The notes under the pieces were generated by a model that saw only the letters and a program-made list of their open reading frames with translations, searched no databases and was not told the DNA's origin. Positions 28,827 through 35,607 of a stretch of 35,607 bases of DNA are shown here, one piece after another. Each line of letters starts with the position of its first letter. Positions within the stretch are counted from its first letter, which is position 1. The stretch is from a bacterium. GTDB taxonomy: Bacteria > Zhuqueibacterota > Zhuqueibacteria > Oceanimicrobiales > Oceanimicrobiaceae. Made by a program: the position numbers and the translations under genes. The DNA lies in assembly GCA_046757025.1 (NCBI GenBank), contig JBHHXN010000040.1, positions 1 to 35,607 on the forward strand, given 5' to 3'.

Positions 28827-31001
28827 TTAGCTTTGATTTAGTTTTTGGATGTTGATTCGAGGTGCGCATTCGATCATGCAGCGAGCGCCCACTTTGAGTT
28901 TCGTACCCACTGCCGGTTCCTGTCGCACCACTTTTCCTTCCCCATAGATTTTCACTTTTAAGCCACGAATGGTCAGTTCTGTCACCGCTTTGCGCAGAGA
29001 AAAGCCTCGCAAGTCGGGCATGGTTGTGTAGCCTGACGCATCCGGAAAAGATGTGAGCTTGATTCGAATTTGAGGTTTTTTATTTTTTTCTGTTGCGATT
29101 ACCAGTTTCAAATGCTCAACAATATCGCCCTCGCCTTCGATTTCCGGTTGAATATCGAGATCCTTTAAAATATGCAGAGCCGTTTCGATTCGCCTTCCCT
29201 GTAAATCGGGAATGAGTCGGGTGTTTAAGATTTGTGGCGCTGGCGTCGCTTCAGCGTAGTGCCTTTTTACTGGCTGGGCGTAAATTTTCAAAATTTGCTG
29301 CAGAATATTTCGGAATGCCGGCGCCGCGACGTTTCCGCCCGAATGCACCGGAAATGGCTCGTCGATGTTGATGTAAATGAGCAGTCTGGCATTTTCAGCT
29401 GGATAAAAGCCCGCAAACGAGGCCACAAATTTCGAATCGGAATAACCCAGTCGGCCGCGCAGCGGTTTTTGAGCGGTGCCGGTTTTACCTGCAATTTTGA
29501 GGTTTGGGATTTTTGCTGAAGTACCTGTACCCATCTCTACCACCTCTTCCAGAATGTCTATCATTTTGACCGCACTGGTTTTGTCCATCACCTGCCGAAT
29601 TTTTTGCGGATGATAGCTTGCCACGATTTTGTTTTCCTGATTTCTAATTTCCTTGATGATCATGGGTTTCATGAGTTTGCCGCCGTTGGCGATGGCGCCG
29701 TAGGCCATGGCCACCTGCAGCGGCGTTACAGCCACTTCGTGTCCGTATGAGATAGCCGCCAGTGAAAAGTCCGACCACTCAAACGGTTTTTTCAAAATCC
29801 CGCCAACTTCACCGGGCAGCTCAATGCCGGTTTTAATTCCGAATCCGAAATATCGAGAGGCGTTGAACAGGGCATCTTTTCCGACTTCACGGGCAATCTT
29901 GGCGGTGCCAATGTTACTGGAATAGGTGAACACTTTGCGCACGGTCAGCCATGCATGCTTTTTGGAATCGTTGATCTCTTCTCCGAACATGGTCACTTTG
30001 CCGTTTTCACAGTAAACGATATCGTTGAGATCTTTTTTGCCCTCGGTAATGGCGGCCATCATGGTGACGATTTTATAAGTTGATCCCGGCTCGAAAATAT
30101 CTGTGATGGCACGAATTCGCCAGTTCTCAGGTGGGTAGTTTTTCGCGTTGTTGGCGTCGAATCCCGGCGCCGATGCCAATGCCAATATTTCACCGGTATT
30201 GGGATCGGTGATGATGACGCTGCCGCCTTTGGCATTGAATTTCTTGACGGTTCTGTTTAATTCGTCCTCCGCAATGGTTTGCAGCACATTGTCGATAGTC
30301 AGAATGAGGTTTTTACCGCTTTTTTGTTTTTCCGTTTCCGCCACAATGGGTGCGATAAAATTGCCTTTGGCGTCCTTCTGGTAGAGACTTTTGCCGTCCT
30401 TGCCAGTGAGGACCGTGTCGTACGCCAGCTCGAGCCCGCTGATGCCGCGACCGTCCACATCCACGAAACCGATCACCTGAGCTAATTTATCATTCAGAGG
30501 ATAAATGCGTTCACTGGTTTCAGCAATGCTGATGCCGGGGATGTTCAAGAGCTGAATCAACGACACTTTTTCTTTTTCGACTTTTCTTGCCACCATGATA
30601 AAATCATTCCCATCCCGAATCTTTGCGTACAATGCGCGTTGGTTCAGATCCAATATTTTTGCTAATTTCTGTGAAGTGGCAGCCAGATCTTTCGCCTGCC
30701 GCCTGTGCAGTCCGATGTCGTAACAAGCTCGATTTAAGGCTACCGGCATCATGTTGCGGTCGTAAATTAAACCCCGCTCAGCTTTATCCATTAAAATCCG
30801 TGTGTACTGTTCCTTTGCCAGCTTAATATATTTTTTGTTGTCGATCACCTGGATTTGCACCAGACGCACGAATATCGTCAGGATGGCCAGAATCAGAAAA
30901 GTGCGAACCAGATAAAATCGCCAGACTTTTTCCGTGGGAACCTCAGAAATAGCTACCCTGCGGCGCCGGGGTTGTTGCGAAGAAAATTTACGGTATCTCA
31001 T
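28827..31001 (-). CDS. ftsI: Class B PBP FtsI/PBP3 with two C-terminal PASTA-like domains
   Basis: RGLIYDR, EPGSTYK (SxxK), SSN, KTGTAQ; IPDLQG and MPDLRG PASTA starts. Confidence 0.93.
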   Translation of the reverse strand: MRYRKFSSQQPRRRRVAISEVPTEKVWRFYLVRTFLILAILTIFVRLVQIQVIDNKKYIKLAKEQYTRILMDKAERGLIYDRNMMPVALNRACYDIGLHRRQAKDLAATSQKLAKILDLNQRALYAKIRDGNDFIMVARKVEKEKVSLIQLLNIPGISIAETSERIYPLNDKLAQVIGFVDVDGRGISGLELAYDTVLTGKDGKSLYQKDAKGNFIAPIVAETEKQKSGKNLILTIDNVLQTIAEDELNRTVKKFNAKGGSVIITDPNTGEILALASAPGFDANNAKNYPPENWRIRAITDIFEPGSTYKIVTMMAAITEGKKDLNDIVYCENGKVTMFGEEINDSKKHAWLTVRKVFTYSSNIGTAKIAREVGKDALFNASRYFGFGIKTGIELPGEVGGILKKPFEWSDFSLAAISYGHEVAVTPLQVAMAYGAIANGGKLMKPMIIKEIRNQENKIVASYHPQKIRQVMDKTSAVKMIDILEEVVEMGTGTSAKIPNLKIAGKTGTAQKPLRGRLGYSDSKFVASFAGFYPAENARLLIYINIDEPFPVHSGGNVAAPAFRNILQQILKIYAQPVKRHYAEATPAPQILNTRLIPDLQGRRIETALHILKDLDIQPEIEGEGDIVEHLKLVIATEKNKKPQIRIKLTSFPDASGYTTMPDLRGFSLRKAVTELTIRGLKVKIYGEGKVVRQEPAVGTKLKVGARCMIECAPRINIQKLNQS

Positions 31002-31308
31002 GAAAAGCCTCACTATCAAGAAAAATCAATCCTAAATCTTCCTGAGCTATTTTATGAATGCGATCGAAGCTGGAAAGCTTGATATATTCTGCTTGCAGCC
31101 GATCGTTTTCTCGCTTTTGTTGGCGGATGGTTTGCTCAAGCAATTGGATTTCCGCTAATTCCAAATTGATTTGCACTTTTAACCAGACGTAGAAAATCAT
31201 CACTACCAGTCCGAAAAAAATGCTTCCAAATAGTTTGAGTTTTGGAAATCTCTTCTTCGACGGTGAAACGATCCGCGATTTGACTATGGGAATTTTTTTG
31301 TATTTCAC
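30988..31308 (-). CDS. ftsL: Cell division protein FtsL
   Basis: Basic N-terminus, one TM, coiled coil, LSS.DRI.KIA..LGL; directly upstream of ftsI. Confidence 0.8.
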   Translation of the reverse strand: MKYKKIPIVKSRIVSPSKKRFPKLKLFGSIFFGLVVMIFYVWLKVQINLELAEIQLLEQTIRQQKRENDRLQAEYIKLSSFDRIHKIAQEDLGLIFLDSEAFHEIP

Positions 31309-31338
31309 GATTTCCCTGTGCCGGCATAATGGCGTTGA

Positions 31339-31530
31339 TTAGCGAAAATTCCAGAATAAAATCAATACCATACCGAACCATCCAAAAAACAGCACAAGTT
31401 TAACTGCTCTGTTTAGAGTAAGAGACGGCTGAGTTCTTCTGAATTCCAATAAAATCGGGAATGCCAAAAACACCACCGCAATCAAAATCAGTCCCCAGAT
31501 AAAAACATTGCCTATGATCACTTCCAACAT
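31339..31530 (-). CDS. Small hypothetical two-TM membrane protein (63 aa)
   Basis: AAGGAG RBS before ATG; two hydrophobic segments; co-oriented inside the dcw cluster. Confidence 0.6.
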   Translation of the reverse strand: MLEVIIGNVFIWGLILIAVVFLAFPILLEFRRTQPSLTLNRAVKLVLFFGWFGMVLILFWNFR

Positions 31531-31631
31531 TCGGTTACTCCTTTACTTCTCTTGAATTTCGATTTTTTCATTCTCCAGTTTGATTTGTCTCTTCTATTGG
31601 TGCAAAAGCTAATGGATCTTTTTTAGTTGCC

Positions 31632-32579
31632 TCAACTTGATGTGTGCGAAACAGTCGGCAGCAATTCGGCCGCCCGCAAGCGAACACTGCGGCTTCTTGG
31701 GTTGCATTGTATTTCCTGCTCGCTGGCTTGAACGGCGCGCTTGGTCAATATTTTCAACCGCCCAGTATGTCCGCAAACGCACAGCGGTAAATTTGGCGGG
31801 CACACACATCGTTCCGCTTCGCGTTTAAAAAAGTTTTTAACCATGCGATCTTCTAACGAATGGTAGCTCAGAACCACAATGCGACCGGATTCGGCAAGAT
31901 AATCCAGGCACGTGTTCAACACTTCGGATAAATTACTCAGCTCGTCGTTTACCGCAATGCGCAAAGCTTGAAATATTCTTGCCAGCGACTTGACTCGCTG
32001 CTGAAATGGCAAAGCGCGGCTGACCACTGCCTGAAGATCCCTTGTCGTGCAAATTGCCGCCCGTTGTCGTTCTTTGACGATCATTCTGGCCACGCTTTTG
32101 TATCTTTTTTCCTCGCCAAATTCACGAAACAATCGCGCTAACTCTTGCTCTGAATAGGTGGTGACGATATCAAAAGCGGTTAATGATTGTTTTTTACTCA
32201 TCCGCATATCGAGCTTTGCCGTTGAAGAGAAGCTAAAACCACGTTCTGCGGTGTCGATCTGGTGCGAGGAAACCCCCAGGTCCAGCAAAATGCCATTTAT
32301 TTTGTCGATGTTTAAACTGTGTAAAATTTTATTAAACTCTTTATAATTAGCTTGTTTGATAACCAATTTATTTTTATATTTCCGCATCAGCTGTTGATTT
32401 GCAAAGCGGACGGCTTCTTCATCCAAGTCCAGTGCGATCAGCCGGCCCGGTTTATCCAATCTTTCCAGGATGGCGCGCGCGTGGCCGCCGCCGCCGAGGG
32501 TCCCGTCGACGTAAACGCCATCAGGCCGGGTGACCAGCAAGTCAACCGCCGGCGTTAGTAAGACGGGCTCATGAAACAT
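31632..32579 (-). CDS. rsmH: 16S rRNA m4C1402 methyltransferase RsmH/MraW
   Basis: HEPVL, DGTLGGGGH, DLGVSS, LDMRM, FQALRIAVN, SYHSLEDR, NPRSRS. Confidence 0.97.
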   Translation of the reverse strand: MFHEPVLLTPAVDLLVTRPDGVYVDGTLGGGGHARAILERLDKPGRLIALDLDEEAVRFANQQLMRKYKNKLVIKQANYKEFNKILHSLNIDKINGILLDLGVSSHQIDTAERGFSFSSTAKLDMRMSKKQSLTAFDIVTTYSEQELARLFREFGEEKRYKSVARMIVKERQRAAICTTRDLQAVVSRALPFQQRVKSLARIFQALRIAVNDELSNLSEVLNTCLDYLAESGRIVVLSYHSLEDRMVKNFFKREAERCVCPPNLPLCVCGHTGRLKILTKRAVQASEQEIQCNPRSRSVRLRAAELLPTVSHTSS

Positions 32580-32728
32580 GGCCTTGTTGCATGGTTTTCG
32601 ATAACAAAATTCATCGCTGGTTTACTCACCGGCATCCGTCTAAAAAATTGGCCGATTTTGTGTTACTTTATATTAAGTTGATAACTGTAAGGTGAACGGT
32701 TACAAATCCCCGTTAAGTTCGCGTTAAA

Positions 32729-33175
32729 TTAAATTCCAAATTCCTCGAATTCTTCGCGTATAGATTGTTCTTCAGGTTCTTGGGAGATTTCATCGTAGGA
32801 TTCAGGATTCCAAAGTTGCAATGTATCCACGGCGCCGATAATCTTCACTTTTTTTTCGATGCCTGCGTGTTTGTAGTAGTCGGTTGGAATGTTAATTCTT
32901 CCTTGATTGTCCAGGTTTATCTCAGTCGTGTTCGCACCAATTAAGCGTCGAAATCGTTTCGCTTTGGGCCCGCCATGGGGCAGGTCAGCGATTTTTGCGC
33001 CAATTCGTGCATTCCAGACGTTGTTGGGATAGAGCGTTAAATAATTCTCAGGTTCTTTGGTAATAAAAAAATGGCTATGGCCGAGATCTTCCATGATTTT
33101 CCGATACTTCGCCGGAATACTGAGCCGGTTATTGTCATCGATGGTATTCTCGTATGTGCCAAGAAAATATGCCAT
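32729..33175 (-). CDS. mraZ: Division/cell wall cluster transcriptional regulator MraZ
   Basis: FLGTYENTIDDNNRLSIP and LDNQGRINIP repeats; first gene of dcw; start at ATG 33175. Confidence 0.93.
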   Translation of the reverse strand: MAYFLGTYENTIDDNNRLSIPAKYRKIMEDLGHSHFFITKEPENYLTLYPNNVWNARIGAKIADLPHGGPKAKRFRRLIGANTTEINLDNQGRINIPTDYYKHAGIEKKVKIIGAVDTLQLWNPESYDEISQEPEEQSIREEFEEFGI

Positions 33176-33210
33176 GCTGATTTTACTTGATTTAGGAAAA
33201 ATGATTGGGG

Positions 33211-33278
33211 CGATCTCCATCTCTTCCCGGATTATCCCATTACATCCCAAACGTAACCAAATTATCCCAAAAAGTCAA
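33211..33278 (-). promoter_or_regulatory. dcw promoter with a 10-bp-phased array of MraZ boxes
   Basis: Minus strand TTGACT-17-TACGTT; repeats TGGGA, TGGTT, TGGGA, TGGGA, CGGGA, TGGAG at exact 10-nt period. Confidence 0.75.
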
Positions 33279-33539
33279 GTAATATTTTTATTTTTAGAGA
33301 AATAAAATAACTTAAAATTTATGTAAAAACAGGCGATTAATGCAGACATGAACCCGCGGTTTGCTGGTTTCGACTGCACAAACGGCACATTAGGGGGACG
33401 CGGTTGATTTGTAACATCCTCCACCTCAATAATGTTGCGTTCATTGATATGACTTTACCCTAATTTCAAACGCGATATTTGACACTCCGATTTAAAAATC
33501 CGCCTTGTTACATTTTGGATAAAAATTGTAAAATGGCTA

Positions 33540-33568
33540 TTGCAAAACGGAAAATTTTTTATTATATT
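33540..33568 (+). promoter_or_regulatory. Putative sigma70 promoter upstream of the structured intergenic region
   Basis: TTGCAA-17 nt-TATATT. Confidence 0.5.
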
Positions 33569-33574
33569 CCGGCA

Positions 33575-33778
33575 AATAAATCGGATCCCGTGGCGAAACG
33601 TTGCTTGATTGACTGCGCGGTCTGTTAAAAACCAGTTCATACCTTTCAAGAAAAAATAAAAGCTGGAGGCAAACCGCGAGTAGCTTAATATCTAGGCGCC
33701 CGCTGATGGTATTTACTCGTCGGGCTGGTGCCACCTCAATGTGGGAGACTCACCAGCGCCTCCGGCTCTATTCTTTTC
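33575..33778. ncRNA. Candidate structured non-coding RNA, family and strand unassigned
   Basis: Stems AGCTGGAGGC/GCCTCCGGCT, GCTGGTG/CACCAGC, CCAC/GTGG, CGAGTA/TACTCG; alternative stem CGCGGT/ACCGCG. Confidence 0.4.
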
Positions 33779-33854
33779 GCTGCAATTATTCTTCAATCTA
33801 CCTTCAATAGGCGTCGATTATAAACAATCGAATGGAATTCCCCTAGCATTTGTC

Positions 33855-33883
33855 TTGACTTTATGGACGCTTGAATTTATATT
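33855..33883 (+). promoter_or_regulatory. Putative sigma70 promoter of the SH3 lipoprotein gene
   Basis: TTGACT-17 nt-TATATT. Confidence 0.6.
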
Positions 33884-33935
33884 AAGGGACGTTTCAAGAA
33901 AAATACACGTCTTGACAAAAGTTGAAGGAGGAATA

Positions 33936-34655
33936 ATGAGTCATTCCAGAATTCTATTTGTCTTCCTGAGTTTGATGTTGTTTTTTTTCACGACTGGCTG
34001 CCAGAAACAATCCGAGCAAAAGGTGGAGGCGCTTCCGCCAGAACCCGTTGCGCAGGAACAGCCGGCCGTTTGCATCTGGGACGGTGCTTCGGTGCGTGCA
34101 CAGCCTTCCCGAGCCGCACGCATGCTGTCGTCTTTGTCGTTGGGCGAAACCCTGACCTTTCTTGGCCACTCCACTGTCGATTCAACCGACAAGAACCGCG
34201 AATATTACAAAATCAGACTGTCAGATGGCAAAGAAGGCTGGACTTCATCCTATCTCGTCGTAGTGGATGCCAGGGCCGCGGCCGTGGTTAAAAAATCGTA
34301 TCTTTACAAACGGCCGGACCTGCTCACCGTTACCGACGAAACTTTTGAACCCATGAACATGGTAGCAGTGGTTAGCGAACAGAGCGACTGGTTGGAAGTC
34401 ATTGGCGAAAAAAGAAAGAAAAAAGGCTGGATCAAAAATCGCGACCTCTCGTTCAAAGACATCGATGTGGCGGTGGCGATTTTGGCCGTAAAAGCCATGC
34501 GCGTAAACGATGATGCAAAGCAAAAAGAGCAGCTCAGCGCCATTGTGGAAAATCCCGTTTTTTCAGAGTCGGTTTTTATCGAGGAATTGCAGCAGCGGTT
34601 ACATCCTGAAGGCGTCATGAATACGCAACCTGAAGATAGTACCCGTACCTATTAA
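33936..34655 (+). CDS. SH3b-domain lipoprotein
   Basis: AAGGAGG RBS before ATG 33936; lipobox FTTGC; two SH3b-like repeats (VRAQPS...YYKIRLSDGKEGW; LYKRP...WLEV...GWI). Confidence 0.7.
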   Translation: MSHSRILFVFLSLMLFFFTTGCQKQSEQKVEALPPEPVAQEQPAVCIWDGASVRAQPSRAARMLSSLSLGETLTFLGHSTVDSTDKNREYYKIRLSDGKEGWTSSYLVVVDARAAAVVKKSYLYKRPDLLTVTDETFEPMNMVAVVSEQSDWLEVIGEKRKKKGWIKNRDLSFKDIDVAVAILAVKAMRVNDDAKQKEQLSAIVENPVFSESVFIEELQQRLHPEGVMNTQPEDSTRTY

Positions 34656-34656
34656 T

Positions 34657-35451
34657 ATGGCCGAATCGTCGATTTACAAAGGGGGACCCGTGGGATGCTT
34701 GTTGATACACGGGTTTACCGGAAGTCCCAATGAATTATTGGATTTGCGTGATTTTCTTGTCAGCAAGAATTTGACCGTGTCCGTGCCGACTTTGCCCGGT
34801 CATGGCACCTACTCAGGTGATTTGTTCAACTACACCTGGAAGCACTGGTTCGAACAGGTTAAGGCGGCTTATTTTGAATTGTGTGAACAATGTGAAGAAA
34901 TTTATGTGTGTGGGCTGTCTATGGGCGGTACTCTGGCTCTGCATCTGGCTGCGCACAAACCCGTGAATGGGGTGGTGGCACTTGCCGCACCGGTTAATTT
35001 TCCCACCTGGAAAAAACTGAGCGTCCGTTTGCTAAAAGGCGTGTATAAATATCGCCACAAACGCGGTGGCGAGGATGTTCGCGATCAGTCTGCCAAGCCA
35101 AAATTAGGAAGTTATCAGCGCTATCCCTATATTGCGGTGGTTCAGCTTTTTCGGTTGGTGGAACATGTACGGGAGGATCTCTCTGAAATTTCACAGCCGA
35201 TTTTGGTTATGCATTCCCAACAGGATCACACGGTAGATTTTCACAACGCGCAAATAATCATGGAATCCGTGCACTCCACCGCAAAGCGTCTGGTGGAGCT
35301 GCGAAATTCGTATCATGTCATCACGGTGGATTATGATAAAACCACGGTCATGGAAGAAGTGTTCAAGTTTGTTCAAATGCATTCGAAAAGTTTGAAAAGA
35401 AAGGCAGGATCATCGAAACTAACCTCGGTTGGCAAACAGCGCGCTCAGTAA
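34657..35451 (+). CDS. Alpha/beta hydrolase (carboxylesterase / monoacylglycerol lipase-like)
   Basis: HGFTG oxyanion motif, GLSMGG nucleophile elbow, Asp (QDHTV) and His (SYHVI). Confidence 0.88.
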   Translation: MAESSIYKGGPVGCLLIHGFTGSPNELLDLRDFLVSKNLTVSVPTLPGHGTYSGDLFNYTWKHWFEQVKAAYFELCEQCEEIYVCGLSMGGTLALHLAAHKPVNGVVALAAPVNFPTWKKLSVRLLKGVYKYRHKRGGEDVRDQSAKPKLGSYQRYPYIAVVQLFRLVEHVREDLSEISQPILVMHSQQDHTVDFHNAQIIMESVHSTAKRLVELRNSYHVITVDYDKTTVMEEVFKFVQMHSKSLKRKAGSSKLTSVGKQRAQ

Positions 35452-35526
35452 ACCCGTTCCACCGCTGCTGACTTCAAAAGACCTTTCTTGCAGACTCATT
35501 CTTAATTATTATTGCAACAATTTGCA

Positions 35527-35550
35527 ATTGCGAGCGCAGCGAAGCAATCT
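35527..35550. repeat. Partial REP-like unit of the same family as 13329-13423
   Basis: ATTGCGAG-CGCAG-CGAAGCAATCT matches the left arm of the 13329 palindrome. Confidence 0.5.
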
Positions 35551-35607
35551 ATGGCTATCCAGTTAGCTCAGAAACGGGGTTATTACTGAATTCAGTATTT
35601 TAAAGAA

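Noticed and set aside
20644..30826. Many plus-strand ORFs up to 221 aa within dcw, considered as hidden murC/D/E
   Set aside because: All are antisense shadows with no Mur-ligase P-loop (GxxGKT) and are far too short.
33350..33430. tmRNA-like words (GGTTTCGAC; GGACGCGG...CTCCACC)
   Set aside because: No acceptor stem or T-loop, and the spacing is far too short.
33421..33740. 10-bp direct repeat CCACCTCAAT at 33421 and 33731
   Set aside because: No inverted ends or mobile-element features between them; compatible with chance.
33661..33770. Resemblance to c-di-GMP-I (GGCAAACC), fluoride, glycine or glmS motifs
   Set aside because: Only isolated words match; required partner elements such as the GAAA tetraloop and ACGCAAAG are missing or out of order.
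33741..33935. N-terminal extension of the SH3 protein in the ORF track
   Set aside because: A promoter motif, strong RBS and signal peptide all point to ATG 33936. Similar over-extensions were trimmed for cutA, the GT2, the PorV-like gene and mraZ.

Overview
Bacterial chromosomal window, probably FCB-superphylum (KSB1/Calditrichota-like; inferred from a PorV-family gene and the gene order). 1-12.5 kb is the 3' part of a surface-polysaccharide locus: two GT4s, a left-handed beta-helix acyltransferase, a VOC/FkbH/ACP acylation module, a priming sugar transferase, a Gfo/Idh/MocA oxidoreductase, an SDR epimerase, HddA/GmhA heptose enzymes and Wzi. 12.5-13.7 kb is a nested repeat/MITE island followed by tRNA-Phe and tRNA-Thr. 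13.7-20.5 kb holds a PorV-like gene, a glucosylglycerate-synthase-like GT2, cutA, a galU-like gene, an MBL hydrolase, tonB-exbB-exbD and rpmB. 20.6-33.2 kb (minus strand) is the dcw cluster mraZ-rsmH-(small membrane ORF)-ftsL-ftsI-murF-mraY-ftsW-murG-ftsQ-ftsA-ftsZ. 33.3-35.6 kb holds a structured intergenic region, an SH3b lipoprotein and a carboxylesterase. Most notable: (1) the dcw cluster cleanly lacks murE, murD and murC/murB at three separate positions while keeping murF; (2) short TIR-bounded elements share ends but carry different REP-like hairpin cargo, and one related element is inserted in the loop of a palindrome with a 4-bp duplication; (3) a VOC-FkbH-ACP module sits in a glycan locus; (4) there is a promoter-preceded structured RNA candidate with alternative folds. 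All calls come from reading motifs by eye; no searches were run.
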